A DNA stretch of 64,000 bases, from NCBI GenBank assembly GCA_046346665.1, contig JAXMHQ010000014.1:41877-105876 (forward strand), given 5' to 3'. Of this stretch, positions 8,479-17,516 are shown piece by piece. A program made the position numbers and the translations under genes. A model generated the notes under the pieces. That model ran no database searches. It was not told the DNA's origin and worked only from the letters and a program-made list of their open reading frames with translations. The stretch's first letter is position 1, and every line of letters begins with the position of its first letter. This stretch comes from Verrucomicrobiota bacterium. GTDB taxonomy: Bacteria; Verrucomicrobiota; Verrucomicrobiia; Limisphaerales; JAXMHQ01.

Positions 8479-9111
8479 TTACCAGGTGTCGGTCCAGCCG
8501 CCCTTGGCGGAGACGGTGCCGGTGAAGATGTAATAATCGCCGCTGTCGTCGCCGTCGCCCGAGGCGGTGTATTTCTGGGATTCGGAGATTTTGCGGATGT
8601 AGGTCGTCTTATTGGCGGCGGAGGCGTTGTAAGTTTCCTGGGTGACGCCGTTGAGGTTGAAGCTATGGCCGTTTTTGTCGTCGAAGGCGAGGGATTGGAT
8701 CCAGTAACCCTGGTAGGAATCCTTGCCCGTGTTGCCGTCGTAGGTTTCGCTGTAGACGTCGTTCTCGCCGCTGGTGATGGTGAAGAAGGAGCTGACGTCG
8801 GCGACGATGTTGGTGCCTCGGCGGACCTGGAAGACGTTGGAGTTGGTGTAGGAATTGGGGTCGAAGATGAGTACGAGGGATGCGCCGGTGAAGTCGCTGG
8901 CGGTGGCGTCACCGAGCAATCCGAGGATGATCTTGGTATCCACTTTGCCGGTGTAGGTTTTTGCCTTGAACACGTTGCCGCTCCAGTTGGTGGTGAAGCC
9001 GCGGGCGGTGAGTTGGAAACTGAGGGTGAGGGCGGTGTCCTGGGCGTGGGCGATGGAGGCGCCGAGGGCGAGCCAGGCGCCGGTGACGAGTCCGATGAAG
9101 TTTCGTTTCAT
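8479..9111 (-). CDS. secreted hypothetical protein (Asn/Thr/Ser/Gly-rich, beta-rich)
   Basis: 210 aa. Clear signal peptide (MKRNFIGLVTGAWLALGASIAHAQ). No motif I recognise. Somewhat AT-richer than neighbours. Confidence 0.6.
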   Translation of the reverse strand: MKRNFIGLVTGAWLALGASIAHAQDTALTLSFQLTARGFTTNWSGNVFKAKTYTGKVDTKIILGLLGDATASDFTGASLVLIFDPNSYTNSNVFQVRRGTNIVADVSSFFTITSGENDVYSETYDGNTGKDSYQGYWIQSLAFDDKNGHSFNLNGVTQETYNASAANKTTYIRKISESQKYTASGDGDDSGDYYIFTGTVSAKGGWTDTW

Positions 9112-9309
9112 GATCGATTCGGGTTGCGGGTTGACGATGGATCATCCGTCCCGGGAACGGCGGGTGGGATAATTCTAGAGGCATTGCATCGGACGATTGC
9201 GGGTACGTCAATGAGAATCGGTCTTGACTCGGAGTGCGGGCGGGTGGAATAACGGCTTGCCATGGGTGGGGACACCCGGCATAGTGCGGCGCGACCGAAA
9301 GGCAAATTT

Positions 9310-9540
9310 ATGGCTGATGCAGCGAATCGATATCCCGAAAACGTAGCTGGCAAGTATTACGTGGACAACCAGTGCATTGACTGCGACTTGTGCCGCGAGA
9401 CTGCGCCGGACAATTTCAAGCGGAACGAGGATGGCGGGTATTCTTACGTTTACAAGCAACCGGCGAGTCCGGACGAGGAAGCCCGGTGCAAGGAAGCCAA
9501 GGAAGGCTGTCCGGTCGAGGCGATTGGCGACAACGGCTAG
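9310..9540 (+). CDS. small ferredoxin (single 4Fe-4S type)
   Basis: YYVDNQCIDCDLCRETAPDNF...EGCPVEAI gives a CxxCxxC...CP cluster motif. Start set at the ATG at 9310 (MADAANRYP). Confidence 0.8.
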   Translation: MADAANRYPENVAGKYYVDNQCIDCDLCRETAPDNFKRNEDGGYSYVYKQPASPDEEARCKEAKEGCPVEAIGDNG

Positions 9541-9546
9541 GCGTGG

Positions 9547-11733
9547 TCAGGTGCGCGAGGCGACAGCGGGTCGTGCGGGCCTGGGTTCGCCGCCGGCGAT
9601 TTTGCCTCCGTCGAGGCAGGTTCTCACCGCTTTGAGGAGCGTTTGGGGGTCGTAAGGTTTCGGCAGGAAATTGACCCCTTTGACGTAGAGGGAATCTTTT
9701 TTGAGGATTTCCGGGCTGTAACCGCTGGTGTAGATGACTTTGAGTTGCGGGTTGCGGGCCTGGAGGATTTTTGCCAGTTCGCTGCCGTTCATTCCGGACG
9801 GCATGACGATGTCGGTGAGGAGGAGGTGGATGCGGCCGGGGTTTTGTTCCCAGACCTGGACGGCCTGGGGGCCGTTGGCGGCTTTGAGGACTTCGTAACC
9901 GCGTTTCTGGAGGGCTGCACACGCGAGTTCGCGTACGGCGCTTTCATCTTCCACGACCAGGATGGTTTCGCCGCGGCCGGGTTCTGCGGGTTTGATTTCC
10001 GGGGCTGGGGCTGTCGGGGTGGCGGGGGCGTTGCAGGACGGGAGGTAGATGAGGAAGGTGGTGCCTTTGCCGAGGTCGCTGCGGACGTCGATCCATCCTT
10101 CGTGTTGTTTGACGATGCCGTGGATGGTGGAGAGGCCGAGGCCGGTGCCTTTGCCGACGTCCTTGGTGGTGAAGAAGGGGTCGAAGATGCGGGCCATGAC
10201 CTGTTCGCTCATGCCGCAGCCGGTATCGGAGACGGAGAGGCAGACGAATCGGCCGGGTTTGGCTTCGGGGTGGTGGCTGGAGGCGTCGGGACCGAACTCG
10301 GCGATTTCGGTGCGGATGCGGATGCTGCCGCCTTCGGGCATGGCGTCGCGAGCGTTGAGGGCGAGATTGATGAGGATTTGTTCCATGCCGCCCTCGTCGG
10401 CGAGGACGGAGGCGATATCGTCGGGGCATTCGACGTGGATCTCGTATTTTTCGCCGATGAGGCGGCCGAGCATTTTGCGGGTATGCTGGACGACGGCGGA
10501 GAGGTTGAGCAGGTGGGGTTGGAGGACCTGTTTGCGGCTGAACGCGAGCAACTGGCGGGTGAAGGCGGCGGCGCGTTTGCTGGCCTGCATGATTTGTTCC
10601 AGGAGCGCCGGGCGGTCGACCTGCATGGCGCCGGCGGACTGGAGGAGGCCGACGTCGCCCTGGATTACGGTTAGGATATTGTTGAACTCGTGGGCGATGC
10701 CGGCGGCCATTCGGCCGATGACCTCCATTTTCTGGGATTGGCGGAGCTGGGCTTCGAGTTTGATCTGGTCGGTGATGTCCTCGACGATGAGGAGGAGGCA
10801 GGCGGTGCCGCCGAGGGAGAGGGGTTCGGTGTAGAGCAGGGTTTGGCGGTGGGAGCCGTCGCGGCGCCGGAGGAGGCAGGACTGGTTGCGGAGGCGTCCT
10901 TCGGGAACGAAGCTGGCGGAGTTGGAATCGCCGCCTTTCCACCACAATTGGGTTTCGGTGGCGGGGGTTTGAGCGAGGTATTCGGGGCTGTAGCCGCTGA
11001 GTTCGAGGAAGCTGGGGTTGGCGTCGAGGAACCGTCCGTCGGCGATGTTCTGGATGGCGATCGGGAACGGGCTGGATCGGAACGCCTTGGAGAATCGTTC
11101 CTCGCTGATGCGGAGTTCATCCTGGATGCGGACGTGTTCGTCGAATTCCTGTTTGAGGGTCTGGTTGGCGACGACGAGTTCCTCGGTGCGCTGCCGGACC
11201 ATGCGGTCGAGGTCGTCCATGCGGAGCCGGGCCTGTCGGGCGAGGACCCATTTATGGGTGAGGGCATGGGCGAGCTGGAGGACTTCGACGGTTTCGAAGG
11301 GTTTTTTGAGGATGAGCAGGTTGTCGGTGTGGCCGAGCCGGCGGGTCATGTCGTCCCAGGAATAATCCGAATAGGCGGTGCAGATGACGGCCTGGAGCTC
11401 GGGGCAGCATTGCCAGATGCGTTCGAGGGTTTCGACGCCGTCCCAGCCGGGGGGCATGCGGACGTCGACAAAGGCCATGACGTAGGGGTCCTGTTCCTCC
11501 ATGGCTTTCTGGATCTGGGCGAGCGCCTCCTTGCCCTGGTAGGCGGAGTCGATGCGGAATCCGGCGCGTTCGGCGCCGCCGGTGCCGTCGCCGAACAGGG
11601 AGGCTTCGACGTCTTCGAGGCGCGACTGCGCGTCGCTTTTGGCGCCCAGGATTTTGCGGAAATCATCGTGGATGGCGGGGTTGTCATCCACGATGAGGAT
11701 GCGCGGGCGGGATTCAGGCGTTGGCGGATTCAT
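9547..11733 (-). CDS. hybrid sensor kinase REC-PAS-HisKA-HATPase-REC
   Basis: 728 aa. N-terminal REC (ILIVDDNPAIH...FVDVRMPPGWDG...LKKPF). PAS region. H-box GIAHEFNNILTVI. HATPase DTGCGM, GTGLGLSTI. C-terminal REC (ILVVEDESAVR...LLLTDIVMPSGMNG...LPKPY). Confidence 0.9.
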   Translation of the reverse strand: MNPPTPESRPRILIVDDNPAIHDDFRKILGAKSDAQSRLEDVEASLFGDGTGGAERAGFRIDSAYQGKEALAQIQKAMEEQDPYVMAFVDVRMPPGWDGVETLERIWQCCPELQAVICTAYSDYSWDDMTRRLGHTDNLLILKKPFETVEVLQLAHALTHKWVLARQARLRMDDLDRMVRQRTEELVVANQTLKQEFDEHVRIQDELRISEERFSKAFRSSPFPIAIQNIADGRFLDANPSFLELSGYSPEYLAQTPATETQLWWKGGDSNSASFVPEGRLRNQSCLLRRRDGSHRQTLLYTEPLSLGGTACLLLIVEDITDQIKLEAQLRQSQKMEVIGRMAAGIAHEFNNILTVIQGDVGLLQSAGAMQVDRPALLEQIMQASKRAAAFTRQLLAFSRKQVLQPHLLNLSAVVQHTRKMLGRLIGEKYEIHVECPDDIASVLADEGGMEQILINLALNARDAMPEGGSIRIRTEIAEFGPDASSHHPEAKPGRFVCLSVSDTGCGMSEQVMARIFDPFFTTKDVGKGTGLGLSTIHGIVKQHEGWIDVRSDLGKGTTFLIYLPSCNAPATPTAPAPEIKPAEPGRGETILVVEDESAVRELACAALQKRGYEVLKAANGPQAVQVWEQNPGRIHLLLTDIVMPSGMNGSELAKILQARNPQLKVIYTSGYSPEILKKDSLYVKGVNFLPKPYDPQTLLKAVRTCLDGGKIAGGEPRPARPAVASRT

Positions 11734-14700
11734 ACAATTTTTCGGTGCGTTGGGGCGGGGTATGCGGGAGCATCAGGGTGAACCTGGCGCCGGTGCCGGG
11801 CCCGTCGCTTTGGGCCTCGAGGGTGCCGCCCAGTTCGCGCACGGCCAGGGCGCTGCTGTGCAGGCCGAATCCGTGTCCATTGCGTCGCGTGGTGAACCCG
11901 TGGAAGAAGATCCGGGTGAGATTTTCCTTCGGGATTCCCACGCCATTGTCGATGACTTCGATTTTGACGTTTTGATTGGGATCGTTGCGGAGCCGGATCG
12001 TCAGGAGTTTGTCGGATCGCCCGGCGTCGTCCATGGCGTATTTGGCATTGCGGATGAGATTGACGAGAATTTGGAGTACTTTGTGCCGTTCCGTGAGGAT
12101 GGCGGGGATTTCCTCGAAGTCGCAGCGCACCTGGACGTCGTGGCGGACGAGGGCGGCGGCGTTGATATGGAGGGCGTCGTCGACGAGGCTGCGGGGGGTG
12201 ACATTTTCGAGGACGCCGGCGACCTTGGCGTAATTTTGCTGCATGGCCACGATCTGTTTGATGTGGTCGATGTGTTTGACGAGTTGTTCGAGTTCCTTCT
12301 GTAGGACGGCTTGTTCGTCGGAGAGATGGGCGGTGGCGGCGGCGAGGAATTCGGGGATCTGGCGGGCCTTGGGGTTGCGGGAGAAGAATTCCGGCAGCCG
12401 TTCGCGGTTTTCCCAGAGGAGCGAGGACACGCGGGAGAGGCTGGGCATTTTGAACGAGCGGACCTTTTCGAGGGTGAGTGAGCAGGAGATGTTGACGCTG
12501 TTGAGCACGTTGCCGACGTTGTGCAGCACGTCGGTGGCGACTTCGGCCATGCCGGCGAGGCGTGATGTTTCGACGAGGCGCTGGTGGACCTGTTCCAGCT
12601 TGGCTTCGGCTTCCTTGAGGGCGGTGACATCGCGTGACACCCCGAACGTCCCGATGAGGTTTCCGTCCTTGTCATGCCAAGGCATCTTGGTGACGAACAT
12701 CCAGCGGGAGGATCCGTCGCTGTTCGGGACCTGCTCGAGTTTTCCGATGACGGGCACGCCGGTCTCCATGATGTGTTTTTCCTCGTCGAAGGCGCGGCGG
12801 GCGAAGGTTTCCTCGAAGGTGTCGAAATCGGTGCGGCCGATGAGGTAGGCCCCGAAGGCCTCGGCGTCGTGGAGGTGGGGTGGCAGGTCGGCGTCGGAGG
12901 CGCCGGGGTTTCGTTTGCGATAGAGGTTTCGGGCGATGGGCAGGGTGGTGCTGATTTTGGATTTGCTGACTCGGACGAACCGGGACTGGCGGTCCTTGAA
13001 GTAGAGGTTGTCGGGGAGCTTGTCGACGAGGGCGCGGAACAGTTCGCGTTCGTAGGCGAGTTCCTGTTCCGCCTGTTTCATGGCGGTCAGGTCTTTAGAG
13101 ATGCCGAAGGTGCCGATGATATTTCCGTCCTTGTCGCGCCAGGGCATTTTGGTGGTGAGCGCCCAGGTGACGCGGCCGTCGGCGTGGCATTCGCGTTCGA
13201 GTTTGGCGATCATCGGTTTGCCCGTGCGGACGATTTCCTGTTCCTCGAGGAAGGCCGGCCGGGCGTGTTCTTCGGCGAAGAAGTCGAAATCGGTGCGGCC
13301 TTTGAGCTGGTGGAAATCGGAGATATGGAAGAAATCCTCGAAGGCGCGGCTGCAGCAGACGAACCGGGAGTCGCGGTCCTTGAAATAGATGCGGTCGAGG
13401 CTGTTTTGGAGGAGAGTTTCCATGAGGCTGCTGGCCTCGGCGAGGGCGGCCTCGGCGCGTTTGCGCTCGGTGATGTCCATGAGCGTGCCGAGGATGACGG
13501 GTTCGTTGCCGAGTTCGGTGCGGCTGCCGAGGGCTTCGAGGAAGACGATTTCGCCGTCTTTGCGGCGGGCGCGGTACTGGTAGTGTACGTTTTGGACTTC
13601 GCCGGCCATGCGTTTGCGGAGTTGTTCCTGGACGAGAAGCCGGTCTTCCTCGAAAACCGTGTCGAGCAAGGAGGGCAGGGCGGAGAGTTCCTGGGGTGAG
13701 AATCCGAGGATTTCGACCATGCGCGGGTTGGCGTAGATGAAGCGGTGGTTGCGGATGAGGTAGACGCCGACGAGGGATTCCTCGACGAGGGAGCGGAATT
13801 TCTGTTCGCTGCGCTGGAGGGCTTCCTCGGCGTGTTTGCGGCCGGTGATATCGCGGGAGATGGCCTGGACGCCGACGGGTTTTCCGTTGCGATTCATGAC
13901 CCAGGCGGAGGTTTCGACCATGAGTTCGGCGCCGTCGCGGGTGATGAACTGGCATTCCCACGTGGAAGGGGTGCCGCCTTCGTGGGGGCCGGTCAGTTTG
14001 GACTGGAAGACCCGCAGGCCTTCGGGGCGGCTGGCGGGGGAAAGGATTTGTTCGAAGGAGAGGCCGGGGACTTCGGCGGCGGTGTAGCCGAGTGCGCGTT
14101 GTCCGGCGGGGTTGAGTGAGGTGAGCCGGCCGGCGTCGTCGAGGGTGAAAATGAGATCGTTGGCGCCTTCGAAGATTTCGCGGTAGCGCTGTTCCAGGGC
14201 GGCTTCTTTTTCGAGGCGTTCGCGGATGATGAGGGTTTGGCTGGCGATGCGGTGTCTGAGAGTGGCGGCCCAGAGGGCGGCGGCGGCGATGATGGCGGCC
14301 ATGACGGCGAGGGCAGTGGCGGCGTGGCGGCTCCACCAGGCGGGTTTTTGGAGGACATGAACCGAGTCATTGGGGGCCAGGTAGAGTCGGAGTCCGCGGG
14401 GCATGCGCATTTCGTCGCCGAGAATGGAGTAGACGCCATCGAGCTGGAGCAGGCTGCCTTCGGTGAGGTTTTCGGCCTTGTCCTGGGCGGGGATGGGGCG
14501 CAGCGCTTCGAAGACGGTGTCGTTGGCCTGGAGGGTGAGGACGTCCTGGCGACCCTGGTGGCTGAGGCCGACGAGGCGGGCGGTCATGCGGACGCGTGAG
14601 CCGTGCAGAGTGGGATCGAGCGGGGTGGCGGAGACGGCGGGGTGCGGGGCGGGCAGCGGGGATTTACCCGTGATCCGGCATTCCGCGTCCCTGAGGGCGA

Positions 14701-16012
14701 CGCCGAAATCGCCGAGGGAGGTGTAGCCGGCGACGTCGACGCGGTCGCCGGGCAGGAGGTGCAATTCTTTTTTGAGGTAGACGGGGATGCCGCCGGTGTC
14801 GTCCTGGACGAAGAGGTGTTCCGGGTCGGCGAGGGTGACGATGCCGGTGATTTTGACGCGGTGCTGGAAGGCGCGGCCGCGGGAGAACTGGGACAGGGAA
14901 CTGACGGACTGTGGGGCGAGCTGGAACGGGTCGGCGGCGCCTTTTTCCTCGACCAAAACAAATTCTTCGGAAGGCGACCAGATGTAGGTGGAATTGAGTT
15001 GGCGGGCGGGGTTGGGGCGGGAGCCGCACACGCCGCGGACGCGGACGAGGGAATCGACGAGGTTGGTGAGGTTGTCGCCTTCGGGGAGGTTGATTTCGAC
15101 GAGGCCGTTGATATCACTGAGTTGGAGTTCGACGAGGCGGCGGTTGCGTTGGGCGCTGCGGACGACGCCTCGGACTTCGACCCATTGGCTGTCGTATTGG
15201 CCTGTGGCCATTTGGTAGAGGCTGACCTGACGTGGGGGGGGCATGACTCCGTGGCCGATGAAGCGTGCGGATTCGGCGTTGATGACGGGAGCGTAGCCTC
15301 CGGGGCCGCTGAAGCCGGCGACTTCCATTTCGTCGCCGGGGGCGAGGTTGGTGGAGACGGAGGCGCTGGAGGTGTCGACGAAGACACCGGCGGTGCGATC
15401 CTGGATCCAGAACGCCTTGTAATCGTTTCGGACGGCGGTGATGACGCCGCGGATTTTGACGGGGTATTTCCAGGCGGCCTGGGCGGGGGGGAGGTCGCGG
15501 ATTTCGCGGACGAGAGTGAGCAAGGGTAATTCGGCTGGTTTACCCGGGGCGGGTGCGAAAGTTTCCTGGGTTTCGGCGTTCCAGGCGGTTGGCCAGACGG
15601 AGGCATTTTTGAGGACCAGGTGGGAGCCATCGAGGGCGGGTCGACCCCAGGCGAGGACGCTTTCGCCGCCGCCGAGCGGGGTGGTCTGGCGGGTTTCGAC
15701 GCGGAGCGATCCTGTTTCGTCCTGCAGGACGACGTATTCGCCGAGGCGCTGGTCGAGGACGATGCCCTGGAGGCGGACCATGCGGTTGCTTTCGGCGCCG
15801 TGTGATTTCAGGAGGGCGCTGATGGTGGTGGCGGGGAGTTGGTCGGGTCGGAAGGGGGGGCGGTTGCTCGTGATTCCGGTGCGGGTTGAATCCGCTGGTG
15901 TGCCGGGGTTGGTGGAAGCATTGATGACCCCGTTGGTGGCTGCGGAAGCGGACGCCGACGCCAGGGTTGATGCAACCATGACGGCCAGCCAGGTCATCGG
16001 CTTCAAAAACAT
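11714..16012 (-). CDS. large sensor histidine kinase: signal peptide, ~550-aa extracytoplasmic repeat domain, TM, multiple PAS, kinase core
   Basis: 1432 aa. TM at WWSRHAATALAVMAAIIAAAALWAATL. Several PAS units, including two IYFKDR(D/Q)SRFV-type units. H-box-like ATDVLHNVGNVLNSV. HATPase VIDNGVGIPKE, GHGFGLHSSA. The 3' end overlaps the downstream hybrid kinase by 20 nt. Confidence 0.9.
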   Translation of the reverse strand: MFLKPMTWLAVMVASTLASASASAATNGVINASTNPGTPADSTRTGITSNRPPFRPDQLPATTISALLKSHGAESNRMVRLQGIVLDQRLGEYVVLQDETGSLRVETRQTTPLGGGESVLAWGRPALDGSHLVLKNASVWPTAWNAETQETFAPAPGKPAELPLLTLVREIRDLPPAQAAWKYPVKIRGVITAVRNDYKAFWIQDRTAGVFVDTSSASVSTNLAPGDEMEVAGFSGPGGYAPVINAESARFIGHGVMPPPRQVSLYQMATGQYDSQWVEVRGVVRSAQRNRRLVELQLSDINGLVEINLPEGDNLTNLVDSLVRVRGVCGSRPNPARQLNSTYIWSPSEEFVLVEEKGAADPFQLAPQSVSSLSQFSRGRAFQHRVKITGIVTLADPEHLFVQDDTGGIPVYLKKELHLLPGDRVDVAGYTSLGDFGVALRDAECRITGKSPLPAPHPAVSATPLDPTLHGSRVRMTARLVGLSHQGRQDVLTLQANDTVFEALRPIPAQDKAENLTEGSLLQLDGVYSILGDEMRMPRGLRLYLAPNDSVHVLQKPAWWSRHAATALAVMAAIIAAAALWAATLRHRIASQTLIIRERLEKEAALEQRYREIFEGANDLIFTLDDAGRLTSLNPAGQRALGYTAAEVPGLSFEQILSPASRPEGLRVFQSKLTGPHEGGTPSTWECQFITRDGAELMVETSAWVMNRNGKPVGVQAISRDITGRKHAEEALQRSEQKFRSLVEESLVGVYLIRNHRFIYANPRMVEILGFSPQELSALPSLLDTVFEEDRLLVQEQLRKRMAGEVQNVHYQYRARRKDGEIVFLEALGSRTELGNEPVILGTLMDITERKRAEAALAEASSLMETLLQNSLDRIYFKDRDSRFVCCSRAFEDFFHISDFHQLKGRTDFDFFAEEHARPAFLEEQEIVRTGKPMIAKLERECHADGRVTWALTTKMPWRDKDGNIIGTFGISKDLTAMKQAEQELAYERELFRALVDKLPDNLYFKDRQSRFVRVSKSKISTTLPIARNLYRKRNPGASDADLPPHLHDAEAFGAYLIGRTDFDTFEETFARRAFDEEKHIMETGVPVIGKLEQVPNSDGSSRWMFVTKMPWHDKDGNLIGTFGVSRDVTALKEAEAKLEQVHQRLVETSRLAGMAEVATDVLHNVGNVLNSVNISCSLTLEKVRSFKMPSLSRVSSLLWENRERLPEFFSRNPKARQIPEFLAAATAHLSDEQAVLQKELEQLVKHIDHIKQIVAMQQNYAKVAGVLENVTPRSLVDDALHINAAALVRHDVQVRCDFEEIPAILTERHKVLQILVNLIRNAKYAMDDAGRSDKLLTIRLRNDPNQNVKIEVIDNGVGIPKENLTRIFFHGFTTRRNGHGFGLHSSALAVRELGGTLEAQSDGPGTGARFTLMLPHTPPQRTEKLYESANA

Positions 16013-16188
16013 ATTGTCGAACTGTTACGGAAGCTTGTGATTCCAAGACGCGGAAAAGCGCAGGGAGACTTCAACCTGCAATTAAACCTGCGAACGAGCT
16101 TGGAACAACTTACTGCCGAGGCTCTTGTCAGCAGCTATTGTGCCCTGCGAGTAGGTTTTCGGAAGATATGAGAAGGGGCGATCCGGCT

Positions 16189-17457
16189 CTAGAAAACAGA
16201 CAGTAGTTGTTGTCGTAGAATGTCCAACGCCTGGAGTGAGGTGACCTCTTTGAAGGTCAGGCGATCCCATGGATTGAGAAGCGTGCGCGCGGTCGTTTGT
16301 GTGGCTGAAGCCACTGCAATGCAGACAGTTCCGACTGGTTTTTGGGGTGATCCGCCGCTGGGTCCGGCGATGCCGGTTACTGCGATGGCGAAATCGGATT
16401 TGGCGGCGGTCTTTGCGCCGAGGGCCATTTCTCTGGCAACCTCTTCGCTGACAGCCCCATGGCGCTCAATGGTTTCGGCGTTTACGTTGAGAACGCTTTG
16501 TTTTGTCTCGTTGCTGTAAGTGACGAGCCCCAATTTAAAGACATCCGAAGCCCCTGGGACATTGGTGATTTTGTTGGCAATGCCGCCGCCGGTGCAGGAT
16601 TCGGCTAGAGCGAGGGATTTTCGGGTGTTGCGGAGAATTCTGACGACGACAGCCTCCATCTCCTCGTCGGATGTCCCGAAGATGTTATCTTTGAGCTCAT
16701 TGCGGACCACTGTTTCCCCTTGGGCGATCAGGCTGGCGGCATCGGGTCCGGAAGCAGAGAGCCGCACATCGACTTGCCATGGCCGGGCGCAATAGCCCAG
16801 CTCCAGGCCGCGGTGGACGAGGGAATCGAGTTGTGGGGCGATGCGTTGTTCCAGGAGGGATTCCCCGATTCCGGCGGTTCGGAGGGTGAGGGATTGGAAG
16901 GGTTGTTGCAGGGGCAACGTTTCGTGGAGCAGGGGCACGAGGGAATCGGTGAACATGGGCTGGAGTTCCCGGCGCGGGCCGGGGAGCATGATAAGCCAGC
17001 TTGTTTTGCCGTCGGGCCGGAACGGATTTGGGTTGAGCTGCATGGCCAGGCCGGGAGCTGTGCCGGTTCGGTTCAGAAAAAATCGCGCGCCTTCGGGGAC
17101 CATTGCCTCGACGCGGGTGCGATCGGGCATTGGCCGGTTGCGTGAGGCAAAATAATCCCGGACATGGGCAACGATTTCCGGTCGTTCCCGGAGCGGGACG
17201 CCGAGGAGCCGGGCGATGACATCGCGGGTCAGGTCATCGGAGGTGGGTCCGAGTCCGCCGGTGGTGATGACGAGGTCGGCGCGGCTGAGGGCTTCGCGCA
17301 CGGCTTGGCCGATGGCCTGGGCGGTATCGGGGACGGCGACCTGGCGTTGGACGACGTAGCCGAGGTCGGCCATGCGGCGGCAGATCCATTGCTGGTGCGA
17401 ATTGAGAACGCGGCCGAGCATGAGTTCGGTGCCGGTATTGATGAGTTCGATCATCAT
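16189..17457 (-). CDS. cinA: CinA family protein (MoCF-binding domain plus PncC-like NMN deamidase domain)
   Basis: MMIELINTGTELMLGRVLNSHQQW...LVITTGGLGPTSDDLTR...ESCTGGGIA...IAVTGIAGPSGG. Start set at the ATGATG at 17457. The upstream 165 codons of the track ORF are Arg/Pro-rich noise. Confidence 0.9.
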   Translation of the reverse strand: MMIELINTGTELMLGRVLNSHQQWICRRMADLGYVVQRQVAVPDTAQAIGQAVREALSRADLVITTGGLGPTSDDLTRDVIARLLGVPLRERPEIVAHVRDYFASRNRPMPDRTRVEAMVPEGARFFLNRTGTAPGLAMQLNPNPFRPDGKTSWLIMLPGPRRELQPMFTDSLVPLLHETLPLQQPFQSLTLRTAGIGESLLEQRIAPQLDSLVHRGLELGYCARPWQVDVRLSASGPDAASLIAQGETVVRNELKDNIFGTSDEEMEAVVVRILRNTRKSLALAESCTGGGIANKITNVPGASDVFKLGLVTYSNETKQSVLNVNAETIERHGAVSEEVAREMALGAKTAAKSDFAIAVTGIAGPSGGSPQKPVGTVCIAVASATQTTARTLLNPWDRLTFKEVTSLQALDILRQQLLSVF

Positions 17458-17516
17458 GCGGGGGAACGTAGTTCGGAAAGCCGCGGTCGAAAAGAATTTT
17501 GCGGGAGCGGAAAGGT

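Noticed and set aside
6756-8912. Pro/Arg/Ser-rich alternative-frame ORFs (6756-7529, 6812-7756, 8406-8912) and the long N-terminal extension of 6859-8049
   Set aside because: Extreme low complexity. They overlap better-supported frames. Homology to the lipid-kinase family begins only at the ATG at 7749.
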